A DNA stretch of 64,000 bases, from contig JAEXAB010000003.1 in the NCBI GenBank assembly GCA_023394875.1, positions 431,895-495,894 of the forward strand. The letters are read 5' to 3'. A program made the translations under genes and the position numbers. Every line of letters begins with the position of its first letter. The stretch's first letter is position 1. This DNA comes from Bacillota bacterium. Its GTDB lineage: Bacteria; Bacillota; Clostridia; Christensenellales; DTU072. Under the pieces are notes generated by a model that saw nothing but the letters and a program-made list of their open reading frames with translations, searched no databases and had not been told where the DNA came from. Below, in pieces: positions 49,235-60,482 of the stretch.

Positions 49235-50580
49235 TAAACAGTCAGCTCCTTTTTTTGTTGCCTATACGCAAAATACAACGGTACGAAGGTAAGCACAGCT
49301 ACCGCCGCCGCGATAAAGAATAATTCGGAATTCGGCGCAAAACCGCTTTGCGCGCCCGTCGGATAAATTATAGTAACGGGTATGCCCATGCTCTTAATAA
49401 CCGGGTTGGCTATAGCGGGACCTACCACCATGGGTATGCAAACGTAGAAGAACAATCTAACTCCTTCTAACTGCCCTCTTTGGGTTTCGGGATACAGGTT
49501 CTTACACCAAATCATCAGTGACTGATATACCACCATATAGCCGCCGCCAACAAAAATTATACCGATTATAATAGTAATTATTTGTCCTATGCTCTTATCG
49601 GGGGAAAGTTTGGTAAGTCCCATTATAAGAAGACCAATAATATTGCCGCCAACCGCTATGGCTATGGTAGGAGCAAACTTTCCTTTGTTAATAAATTTAC
49701 TTGCAATAAAAGTAAACGGTACGGCAACTATTAAGCCTAATCCTAAGAAAACTCCCGCCAAACCTTCTTCAAAACCGCAACTATAAATAAAATAGTTGGT
49801 CATGTGCGGGAAGTAGACGTTAAAGCTGATAAAGAACATTGAGAAAATAAATAAAACCAGCATCAGCATTTTGTTTTTTGCAAGCAGCTTAAAATTAAAG
49901 GCGCTGCCGAACTGATGCCAAAAGCCTTTTTCGTCAATGCTGGGTTTAAGGGTTTCGGCATCTTTAAGTTTGAACATCGTATAAATGCCAACCAAAATAA
50001 CAAAACCGCCCATAATTAGGAAAAACCAAATATAGTCAAGTTTTTCTATAATAAAACCGCCCACAACGGAGCCTAAAATGGTTGCAATAACCGGCTGAAC
50101 GGCAATGACTGCGCCTAATCCACCGCGGTTATCTTCACTGCTTATATCCGTTGTCCAAGGGTTAAAACCTGCGTCGTTACCTAAAGAACCAAAGAAACTC
50201 ATAATAGCGTCGGCTACAACTACCATAGTGGCTATCGCCCAAAGATTACGCAAAGGTAAAAACTCTGTTAAACCAAATAAAATTGTGGTTACGCCCCACA
50301 TAAGATAGCCCACAATGATAAAAGGTCTTCTCTTACCCTTTCTGTCGCTCCAAGTGCCCGACAAGAACGTAGACAGGGTAGAAACAATAGCACTGACCGC
50401 CACCATCCAGGTGATTATGGAAGAATCTGGCGCGATTTTTGCGTATACGAAGCTATTAAACCACTGGTTTTCTATATTCCAGCATAGCTGTCCTGCTAAC
50501 CCTGCTATCCAAATAATAATCCAGTTGTTGATTGATATTTTTTTCTTTTCTTTAGTAATGGGTAAATTCGAATTGTCCAT
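49234..50580 (-). CDS. MFS transporter (GPH/MFS_2-like)
   Basis: 448 aa, about 12 TM helices, loop motif GTWSDRKGKRRPF. SD GGAGAT. Confidence 0.8.
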   Translation of the reverse strand: MDNSNLPITKEKKKISINNWIIIWIAGLAGQLCWNIENQWFNSFVYAKIAPDSSIITWMVAVSAIVSTLSTFLSGTWSDRKGKRRPFIIVGYLMWGVTTILFGLTEFLPLRNLWAIATMVVVADAIMSFFGSLGNDAGFNPWTTDISSEDNRGGLGAVIAVQPVIATILGSVVGGFIIEKLDYIWFFLIMGGFVILVGIYTMFKLKDAETLKPSIDEKGFWHQFGSAFNFKLLAKNKMLMLVLFIFSMFFISFNVYFPHMTNYFIYSCGFEEGLAGVFLGLGLIVAVPFTFIASKFINKGKFAPTIAIAVGGNIIGLLIMGLTKLSPDKSIGQIITIIIGIIFVGGGYMVVYQSLMIWCKNLYPETQRGQLEGVRLFFYVCIPMVVGPAIANPVIKSMGIPVTIIYPTGAQSGFAPNSELFFIAAAVAVLTFVPLYFAYRQQKKELTV

Positions 50581-50608
50581 AATATCTCCACTTTACTTAT
50601 TTGATATA

Positions 50609-50637
50609 AGTATACGCTTTTTGCGGTTTTTTTTCAA
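50609..50637 (-). promoter_or_regulatory. Candidate promoter for MFS-lplA-lpd
   Basis: On the minus strand: TTGAAA (50637-50632), 17-nt spacer, TATACT (50614-50609). Confidence 0.4.
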
Positions 50638-50850
50638 GCCTAAATCTTGCCGCAATTATTTTTGTTTGATACCTACGGTATTAGTTAAAATATAGAAAAG
50701 TTACTAAAAAATAAGTATATATTTTTATATATAAATAACCATATAAAGCGCCAAAGCTAATAAGAGTATTCTTGTTGGTTCAGACGTCAGAATTATCTGC
50801 ATATATTGTTATTAAGGGTAAAATAACCGAAAAAAACTATTAAAAAGTTG

Positions 50851-50880
50851 TTGACAAGGTTATTCTTGACGTGTTATGAT
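50851..50880 (+). promoter_or_regulatory. Candidate promoter of the ilv leader
   Basis: TTGACA (50851-50856), 18-nt spacer, TATGAT (50875-50880). Confidence 0.5.
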
Positions 50881-50906
50881 AAACAAAAATACAGAGGAGC
50901 TTAATA

Positions 50907-50996
50907 ATGTTTAGCACTATAATTAGCCTAATCGTCGTCCTAGTCATTGTCATTATTAGTGGCAGTGATTATTCGCGTTTTGCTAAAAAGTGTTAA
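50907..50996 (+). CDS. ilv leader peptide (29 aa, Ile/Val/Leu-rich), absent from the ORF track
   Basis: ATG at 50907 with SD GAGGAG (50894-50899). It encodes MFSTIISLIVVLVIVIISGSDYSRFAKKC and ends with TAA at 50994-50996. Residues 5-17 are 12/13 Ile/Val/Leu. Confidence 0.65.
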   Translation: MFSTIISLIVVLVIVIISGSDYSRFAKKC

Positions 50997-51041
50997 AATA
51001 TAGATAAACTAATCTAAATTAGAAGCCTTACAGCAAAACGC
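50975..51041 (+). promoter_or_regulatory. Predicted antiterminator helix of the ilv attenuator
   Basis: GCGTTTTGCT (50975-50984) is the perfect reverse complement of AGCAAAACGC (51032-51041). That target spans the end of the terminator 5' arm, its loop and the start of its 3' arm. Confidence 0.55.
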
Positions 51042-51058
51042 TGTAAGGCTTTTTTGTT
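51023..51058 (+). terminator. Intrinsic terminator (attenuator) upstream of ilvB
   Basis: AAGCCTTACAGC (51023-51034) pairs perfectly with GCTGTAAGGCTT (51040-51051) around loop AAAAC, followed by TTTTGTTT. It lies 20 nt before the ilvB SD. Confidence 0.8.
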
Positions 51059-51078
51059 TAGGAAAACAGGAGGTTAAC

Positions 51079-52725
51079 ATGATTTTATCGGGCGCTCAAA
51101 TCTTAATTGAGGAATTAAAACGTTTGAAAGTAAAGAACGTCTTCGGCTATCCCGGAGGCGCCGTTCTTAATATCTATGACGAACTTTATAAGAACTCCGA
51201 TAAGCTAAATCACGTAATATCCGCCCATGAGCAGGGCGCAGTTCACGCCGCAGACGGCTATGCAAGAGTAACGGGTGAAGTAGGAGTAGTTATCGCAACG
51301 TCGGGTCCCGGGGCTACTAACTTAGTTACCGGCATCGCAAACGCTTATTTAGATTCTGTTCCCCTGGTGGCCATAACAGGCAACGTGGCAAGCGATTTAC
51401 TGGGAAGGGATAGTTTTCAGGAAGTGGACATTGTTGGTATAACCTTGCCCATAGTTAAACACAGCTTTATCGTAAAGAATATCTGTGATTTAGAAAAAGT
51501 AATAAAAGAAGCCTTCTATATAGCATCCGAAGGCAGAAAAGGGCCAGTTCTTATCGACATACCCAAAGATATTCAGATGGCAAAGTATGAGTATCTCGGA
51601 TATGAGTTTTCGGAAATAAAGAAGTACGAAACCGACTTTGAGGCTATAGAAGAAGCCGCCGAACTTATTAATAATAGCAAAAAGCCTTATATATATTGCG
51701 GCGGTGGCGTTGTTTCTGCCAACGCGTCCGAACTGGTGAAAAAACTCTCCGAAAAATTGCAAGCGCCTATTGGGCTTAGCATGATGGGAATATCGGCAAT
51801 CCCCCACTCTTATCCCCTTAACTTAGGTATGACGGGTATGCATGGGAAAATTGAAGCCTCAATTTCCAAATCGGAATCGGACATGGTAATCGCAATAGGG
51901 GTTAGGTTTAGTGACAGAGCGACAGGCAACAAACAAGCCTACACCGAAAACCGCAAGTTCATTCACATCGATATTGACCCTGCCGAATTTAACAAGAATG
52001 TAACTTCCGACGTTGCCATATTCGGAGATATAAATACCGTTTTAACTTCTCTTTTGGAAAAAGTGAAACAAAAAGAGCCGGGCGACTGGTACAAAAAGAT
52101 AAATAAACCGACGCTTAATGAAAACAAAATGGTGTTTTCGCCAAAGAATATTATAGAAACGGTAAATTCTTATTGTAAAGAAGACACCGTTGTGGCAACG
52201 GACGTTGGTCAGCATCAGCTCTGGACTATGCAAAACTACAAGTTTTCTAAACCCCGCACTGCTCTTACTTCGGGCGGACTTGGCACAATGGGTTACGGCT
52301 TGGGCGCAGCTATAGGGGGCTGTATAGGCAACAACAGAGAACGCACCGTGCTTTTTACCGGGGACGGTAGTTTCGGAATGAATCTTAACGAACTGGCAAC
52401 GGCGGTAAGTCAGAATCTACCTATAATAATAGTAATTTTGGATAACGGCGTGTTGGGTATGGTAAGACAGTGGCAAAAGATTTTTTATGCCAACAGGTTC
52501 TCTCAAACGACGCTAAACCGCAAAACCGATTTTGCTATGCTTGCCAAAGCCTTCGGCGCAGACGGTTATCACGTTAGCTCTTTAGAAGAATTACAGCAGG
52601 CGTTGGATAGCGCGTTTAAGACAAATGATATGCCTATTGTTATTGATTGTCATATCGATATGGACGAAAAAGTTCTGCCCATGATTCCCCCGGGCGGGTC
52701 AATAAAAAATATAATACTGAATTAG
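51079..52725 (+). CDS. ilvB: Acetolactate synthase large subunit
   Basis: 548 aa. ThDP motif GDGSFGMNLNELAT. SD AGGAGG. Confidence 0.93.
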   Translation: MILSGAQILIEELKRLKVKNVFGYPGGAVLNIYDELYKNSDKLNHVISAHEQGAVHAADGYARVTGEVGVVIATSGPGATNLVTGIANAYLDSVPLVAITGNVASDLLGRDSFQEVDIVGITLPIVKHSFIVKNICDLEKVIKEAFYIASEGRKGPVLIDIPKDIQMAKYEYLGYEFSEIKKYETDFEAIEEAAELINNSKKPYIYCGGGVVSANASELVKKLSEKLQAPIGLSMMGISAIPHSYPLNLGMTGMHGKIEASISKSESDMVIAIGVRFSDRATGNKQAYTENRKFIHIDIDPAEFNKNVTSDVAIFGDINTVLTSLLEKVKQKEPGDWYKKINKPTLNENKMVFSPKNIIETVNSYCKEDTVVATDVGQHQLWTMQNYKFSKPRTALTSGGLGTMGYGLGAAIGGCIGNNRERTVLFTGDGSFGMNLNELATAVSQNLPIIIVILDNGVLGMVRQWQKIFYANRFSQTTLNRKTDFAMLAKAFGADGYHVSSLEELQQALDSAFKTNDMPIVIDCHIDMDEKVLPMIPPGGSIKNIILN

Positions 52726-52735
52726 GAGGTGCGTT

Positions 52736-55632
<2,897 letters not shown>

Positions 55633-55647
55633 CCTATAGGAGAAAAT

Positions 55648-56853
55648 ATGCTTAATTTAGACAGTGTGTACCGAGCCAAGCACGCTTTACGCGACGTAAT
55701 AAATAATACCGACCTTATCTATGCAAAGTCACTTTCTGAAGATAACGAAATTTATCTCAAAGCGGAGAATTTGCAAATTACCGGCTCTTTTAAGGTAAGG
55801 GGCGCATATTATAAAATATCCACTCTGAGCGAAGAAGAACGGGCAAAAGGAATAATCGCCTGTTCGGCGGGTAATCACGCCCAGGGTGTTGCTTTGGCAG
55901 GCGCAAAACTCAACGTAAAAACCAAGATTTTTATACCCAGCCTTGCTCCCCTTTCTAAAGTGGAGGCTACCAAGAAATACGGCGCAGAAGTGGTATTAAT
56001 TGACGGAATTTACGACGATGCCTACCTTGCCGCAAAAGAGGAAGCCGCCAAAACCGGCGCAATTTTTATTCATCCTTTCGACGATGAAGACATTATGGCA
56101 GGTCAAGGTACTATAGGTTTAGAACTTCTTGACGCCTTACCCAACATTGACGCCGTAGTAATCCCCATAGGCGGCGGAGGCTTAGCCAGCGGAGTAGCTT
56201 ATACCATAAAAGCCCTAAAGCCTACCTGTAAAATCTATGGTGTGCAAGCAGCAGGCGCGTCTTCTATGTTCCAATGGGTGCAGACAAAGAGCCGCAGTTG
56301 TAACGGCAAAGTTTCTACCTTTGCCGACGGTATCGCCGTAAAAAATCCCGGGGAACTTACCTGCTCTCTTTGCGAAAGGTATCTTGACGGCATAGTAACC
56401 GTCACCGAAGACGAAATTGCAACGGCAATTCTTACGTTAATGGAACAGCAAAAACTGGTTTCCGAAGGGGCGGGCGCGGTAAGCGTTGCGGCGGTAATGT
56501 TCAACAAACTGCCGATTAAAAATAAAAAAGTTGTCTGTGTTGTATCGGGAGGCAATATTGATGTTACAATATTATCAAGGGTAATCCACCGCGGACTTCT
56601 TACTTCTGGCAGACTGTCTGATTTAGGAATAGAATTATTGGATAAGCCGGGAGAACTCAAAAAAATATCTTCCATAATAGCCGACCTAGGCGCAAACGTA
56701 GTGCGCGTCAACCATAATTACGGCGGGGAAAACAGCGATATAAACGGTTGCTACCTGCAAATATCTCTGGAAACCAGAAATCACGAACATTTACGGCAAA
56801 TTAAAGAAGCATTAATAAAAGAAAAATATAAATTGATAGGAGGAATGATATGA
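55648..56853 (+). CDS. ilvA: Threonine ammonia-lyase (threonine dehydratase) with one C-terminal regulatory domain
   Basis: 401 aa. PLP-lysine motif GSFKVRGA. Confidence 0.9.
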   Translation: MLNLDSVYRAKHALRDVINNTDLIYAKSLSEDNEIYLKAENLQITGSFKVRGAYYKISTLSEEERAKGIIACSAGNHAQGVALAGAKLNVKTKIFIPSLAPLSKVEATKKYGAEVVLIDGIYDDAYLAAKEEAAKTGAIFIHPFDDEDIMAGQGTIGLELLDALPNIDAVVIPIGGGGLASGVAYTIKALKPTCKIYGVQAAGASSMFQWVQTKSRSCNGKVSTFADGIAVKNPGELTCSLCERYLDGIVTVTEDEIATAILTLMEQQKLVSEGAGAVSVAAVMFNKLPIKNKKVVCVVSGGNIDVTILSRVIHRGLLTSGRLSDLGIELLDKPGELKKISSIIADLGANVVRVNHNYGGENSDINGCYLQISLETRNHEHLRQIKEALIKEKYKLIGGMI

Positions 56854-57239
56854 AAAAAGTAATATCTACCGAAAACGCGCCCAAGGCGATAGGACCGTAT
56901 TCTCAAGCAATTCTAAACGGCGAAACTTTGTTTTGTTCGGGACAGATAGGTATCGTCCCCGACAGCGGAGAAATTGAAGGCAAAAATATTGCCGAACAGA
57001 CTTATCAGGTCATGAAAAACATCAGCGGGGTACTATCCGCTGCCGAAATGACCTTTGCCGACGTACTAAAAACCACGTGCTTTCTTACCGATCTAAAAGA
57101 CTTTGCAGAATTTAATAAAATTTATGGAGAGTTCTTTGTTTCAAAACCTGCAAGAAGCTGCGTAATCGTTGCGGCGCTACCAAAAAACGCCCTTGTGGAA
57201 ATAGAGGTAATAGCCTCTCACAACTTCGAAAAAGACTAA
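56850..57239 (+). CDS. ridA: RidA (YjgF/UK114) enamine/imine deaminase
   Basis: 129 aa. Its start overlaps the ilvA stop (ATGA). Typical RidA N-terminus (STENAPKAIGPYSQA). Confidence 0.9.
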   Translation: MKKVISTENAPKAIGPYSQAILNGETLFCSGQIGIVPDSGEIEGKNIAEQTYQVMKNISGVLSAAEMTFADVLKTTCFLTDLKDFAEFNKIYGEFFVSKPARSCVIVAALPKNALVEIEVIASHNFEKD

Positions 57240-57240
57240 T

Positions 57241-57270
57241 AAAAAAAGCCGTATCATACGGCTTTTTTTG
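57241..57270. terminator. Bidirectional terminator between ridA and fprA
   Basis: An A7 run, then GCCGTA-TCA-TACGGC, then a T7 run. Confidence 0.85.
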
Positions 57271-57271
57271 T

Positions 57272-58465
57272 TTATAAGGTTTTCACTATCTCTTTTGCCA
57301 GTTCCCGCAACTTTTCTATTGAAGAACTCTTTACCGCTGACTCTATGGTAACAAGCGGAGGTATGACGTTTAAGTTTTTCATCGTTGAAATTTGTTCGGT
57401 CATAAGTTTGCCCGAAGCAGGCGCCCAAGAGCCGTTTTCTATAATAGCGACGTAGCGGTTTTGGAAATTGTGCGCTTTCAGATCGATTATAAAGTTCTCC
57501 ATTTTGGTATAGATGCCGTTGTTATAAGTAGAACTTGCAAATACAATGTGAGAATAGCGGAAGGCTTCCGCCAAAATAACCGACACGTCGATTTTTGAAG
57601 AATCGTAGACTTTTACTACTTCCGCTCCTTCCTCTCTTAGCATCGTAGAAAGTATATCGGCGGCATAAGCGGTATTGCCGTAAATGGAGCCGTATATTAT
57701 TGCAACGCCCTTTTCTTCGGGCTGATAGCTTCCCCAAGTCTTATACTTATCTACAAAATAGCCGATATTGTTTCTCCAAACGTAACCGTGAAGAGGACAA
57801 AGTAAGCTTATTTCTAATTTTGCGATTTTGTTAAGAAGAGAAATAACCTGATTGCCGTACTTTCCTACAATATTAAAATAGTATCTTCTGGCTTCGTCCA
57901 GTTCTTCATTCCCAAAATCGACTTCGTCGTTAAACAGTCCGTTAAGGGAGCCGAAAGCGCCGAAGGCGTCGGCTGAGAACATAATTTTTTCTTTTACTTC
58001 ATACGTTACCATTACTTCGGGCCAATGCACCATCGGCGCGGTATAAAACTGCAAGGTATGTTCGCCTAAGGATATTTCGTCATTGTCTTTTACAACTATA
58101 AAGCTGTTTTCTATATCGGTTGTGAAAAACCGTTGAAACATTACCTTTGTTTTTGCCGTTCCCACAAGCTTAGCTTCGGGATAAAGTAGAAAAGTCCGCT
58201 CTAAAGTTGCGGCGTGGTCGGGTTCTATATGATTGACTATAATATAGTCCAATTTTTCTCTGCCAAGCGCCACTTCCAGGTTTTTGTAAAAAACAGAAGC
58301 TACCGCCTCGTCCACAGTATCGATTAGGGCGTTATATTTGTCTTTAATTAGGTATGAGTTATAGGACATACCGGTAGGCAAAGGGTAGATATTTTCAAAC
58401 AGGTTTATTTTTCTGTCGCTTGCGCCGACGTAAAATACATCTTTAGTAATTGCTCTGACGTTCAT
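57272..58465 (-). CDS. fprA: Flavodiiron protein (A-type flavoprotein; O2/NO reductase)
   Basis: 397 aa. Metallo-beta-lactamase-like diiron motif HIEPDH plus a C-terminal flavodoxin-like domain. Starts 9 nt downstream of dfx. Confidence 0.88.
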   Translation of the reverse strand: MNVRAITKDVFYVGASDRKINLFENIYPLPTGMSYNSYLIKDKYNALIDTVDEAVASVFYKNLEVALGREKLDYIIVNHIEPDHAATLERTFLLYPEAKLVGTAKTKVMFQRFFTTDIENSFIVVKDNDEISLGEHTLQFYTAPMVHWPEVMVTYEVKEKIMFSADAFGAFGSLNGLFNDEVDFGNEELDEARRYYFNIVGKYGNQVISLLNKIAKLEISLLCPLHGYVWRNNIGYFVDKYKTWGSYQPEEKGVAIIYGSIYGNTAYAADILSTMLREEGAEVVKVYDSSKIDVSVILAEAFRYSHIVFASSTYNNGIYTKMENFIIDLKAHNFQNRYVAIIENGSWAPASGKLMTEQISTMKNLNVIPPLVTIESAVKSSSIEKLRELAKEIVKTL

Positions 58466-58474
58466 TAAATCCCC

Positions 58475-58843
58475 CTAGTTCTTCCAAAGTCCATGCAAAT
58501 TGCAGTATTCATAAACGTTGAGAAGCTTTTCTCCGTCGTTAAGGATAAAACTGCATTCGGGTTTGCCGCCTACGGTGAGGGTCTTTTTGATAAAGCCTTG
58601 GTCGGTTTCTGCAACCACAAAAACAATGTGATGTTCGGGCAGCATGGGATGATCGATGCTTCCTACCTTCACTGTAATTTTGTTGCCGTCTGCTACGACT
58701 ACAGGTATATGCTTTTCATATGATGCCTCAACGGTATTGGCTACTAGTTCTTTCATGATGTCTCCGCAGCAGGTAAGTTGCGCGCCGCTTGCCCATAAAA
58801 AACTTACGATGTTACCGCAATGTTCACATTTGTAAAATTTCAT
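58475..58843 (-). CDS. dfx: Desulfoferrodoxin (2Fe superoxide reductase)
   Basis: Start revised to the ATG at 58843 (MKFYKCEHCGN..., 122 aa; SD AGGAG 6 nt upstream). Centre I is CxxC-x15-CC. Centre II His/Cys ligands are present (...CNLHGLW). Confidence 0.88.
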   Translation of the reverse strand: MKFYKCEHCGNIVSFLWASGAQLTCCGDIMKELVANTVEASYEKHIPVVVADGNKITVKVGSIDHPMLPEHHIVFVVAETDQGFIKKTLTVGGKPECSFILNDGEKLLNVYEYCNLHGLWKN

Positions 58844-58864
58844 AATAGTCTCCTTTTTAATAAA

Positions 58865-58894
58865 AAATTTACCCATTATTCAACAGGTAAATTT
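58865..58894 (-). promoter_or_regulatory. Perfect 9-bp inverted repeat abutting the dfx -10 element (operator or 5' stem-loop)
   Basis: AAATTTACC (58865-58873), 12 nt, GGTAAATTT (58886-58894). On the minus strand it begins immediately after an extended -10 element, TGATATAAT (58903-58895). Confidence 0.35.
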
Positions 58895-58949
58895 ATTATA
58901 TCATATTTTATAAATAAATCCATAGGATAACGAATTTTTTTCCTATAAA

Positions 58950-59525
58950 TTATTCTTTTGTCAGTACAGGCTGAATTTGTCTGCCTATTAACGCTTCCTC
59001 TGCAGCGCTAATTAACAAAGAATAATTTGCCACCAAAGAATGGATTTTCCCTATATGGTCGTCCTGAGTAAAGGGTACAAAATATATATTCTTTTTGTTG
59101 ATTAGTTCTCCTACGTTCTTAGCGTTTGCCGACAAGCCGTCGTTTGTCGATAAGGCAATAAGTAAAGGAAGGCTGTTGCGTAGATGGGCTTTGCACGCCA
59201 TAAGAACGGGGGTGTCGGTTATGGCGTGATTTAGTTTTGCCAAAGTGTTGCCGGTACATGGGGCAATTATCATTATATCCATTTTGTTTTTTGGACCAAA
59301 CGGTTCGGCTGATTCTATGCTTGTTATGGGTTTGTTGGAGGTTATTTCCCACACCTTTTCAAAAAAGTCCGCCGCCTTAAAAAATCTGGTATCCATTTTC
59401 GCCGCGTTAAACGACAGCACCGGAAAAACCTGGTTTTCCTCGGAAAGTTTCTTTAGTTCGGGCAGAATTCTTTCAAAAGTACAAAAGGAGCCCGTTATAC
59501 AAAATCCTATTTTTTTATTTTTCAT
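58950..59525 (-). CDS. dpaB: Dipicolinate synthase subunit B
   Basis: 191 aa. Flavoprotein-fold N-terminus KIGFCITGSFCTF typical of SpoVFB. Overlaps dpaA by 4 nt. Confidence 0.85.
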   Translation of the reverse strand: MKNKKIGFCITGSFCTFERILPELKKLSEENQVFPVLSFNAAKMDTRFFKAADFFEKVWEITSNKPITSIESAEPFGPKNKMDIMIIAPCTGNTLAKLNHAITDTPVLMACKAHLRNSLPLLIALSTNDGLSANAKNVGELINKKNIYFVPFTQDDHIGKIHSLVANYSLLISAAEEALIGRQIQPVLTKE

Positions 59526-60298
59526 AAATTTTTCAACCTTTCTAATATTGCTTCTTTAAGTATGAGAGCGGCAGCTTTGGGAGAGGCAGCCGCGGGCACG
59601 CTGGTAGCGTGAATAACGTTAAGGTTCCTTTCTCTGGCATAATCAAAATCCACACCGCCCGGATTGGACGCAAGGTCAAGTATAAAGCAGTCCTTATCAA
59701 CGTTTTTTATAACTTTACTGTCTATAACCAATTTCGGCACGGTGTTTATAATCGCTTTATAGCCTTTTACTTTAGCCTCAAGGTCATTGACGGCAAACAC
59801 TTTTTTGGAATAAATGGAAGACAGCGCAAATTCGTTTTTATCGTTTGTGGCTATACTTACCTCCATGTGATTGTCGTCAAAGACTTTGGCAAGGGCTTTG
59901 CCTACTCTGCCGTAGCCTACTATCAGAGCAGGCATATTTTTTAAGGAAGTATCGGTATTAAAAATAATATAGCCCAAAGCACCTTCGGCGGTAAGACAGG
60001 CATTTTTTATGACGTAACTTTCGTTATCGATTGCGTTATATAAAGTAATATTCTTTTCGGCAACAATCTTTTTGGCTTCCTCGGTTATTTTATTGCAAAA
60101 CAAAATGGATTTGTCTTTTAATTTTAACGCCTTTTCTTTGGTAACGACTTCCATAAGCGCCATAATATAAATTAAGTGGCAATCGGAAAAGGAATTTTCT
60201 TGACCGTAATCAAAAATTTGATATCCTTCCTCTCTTAGTAAATCGGCAAGCCAATAGTATCTTTTGTCGCTAAGCTCGATAAAAAAAACCTTTTTCAT
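59522..60298 (-). CDS. dpaA: Dipicolinate synthase subunit A
   Basis: Rossmann motif GYGRVGKAL. Position and similarity fit SpoVFA. The ATG at 60298 (MKKVFFIEL...) is preferred over 60310, but both are possible. Confidence 0.8.
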   Translation of the reverse strand: MKKVFFIELSDKRYYWLADLLREEGYQIFDYGQENSFSDCHLIYIMALMEVVTKEKALKLKDKSILFCNKITEEAKKIVAEKNITLYNAIDNESYVIKNACLTAEGALGYIIFNTDTSLKNMPALIVGYGRVGKALAKVFDDNHMEVSIATNDKNEFALSSIYSKKVFAVNDLEAKVKGYKAIINTVPKLVIDSKVIKNVDKDCFILDLASNPGGVDFDYARERNLNVIHATSVPAAASPKAAALILKEAILERLKNL

Positions 60299-60426
60299 AA
60301 ATATCCCCATGCTATTTCTATATGAAAGACCCGATTTTATTGTTACTTAGTAATTAAATGCCAAGGTCGATAATTTTTTGACGCTAAATTAGACATTTTT
60401 CTACAAAATCCCGCTTTTTGACACAT

Positions 60427-60455
60427 TTGCAAAATTCATATTTTTATGATAAAAT
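60427..60455 (+). promoter_or_regulatory. Candidate extended -10 promoter for the KamA-like gene
   Basis: TTGCAA (60427-60432), 17-nt spacer ending in TGA, TAAAAT (60450-60455). Confidence 0.45.
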
Positions 60456-60482
60456 GTATTTATAACGCTTGGAGGTAAATTG

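Noticed and set aside
49234-50580. The idea that the MFS transporter upstream of lplA is a dedicated lipoate importer.
   Set aside because: Its loop motif (GTWSDRKGKRRPF) and overall appearance fit GPH/MFS_2 glycoside-type carriers. Adjacency alone is weak evidence. It is kept only as a context note in the findings.
60316-60346. Possible SigK-type promoter (AC-17 nt-CATATAGAA) upstream of dpaA.
   Set aside because: It matches only part of the AC/CATAnnnTA consensus in an AT-rich region, and cannot be distinguished from chance by eye.
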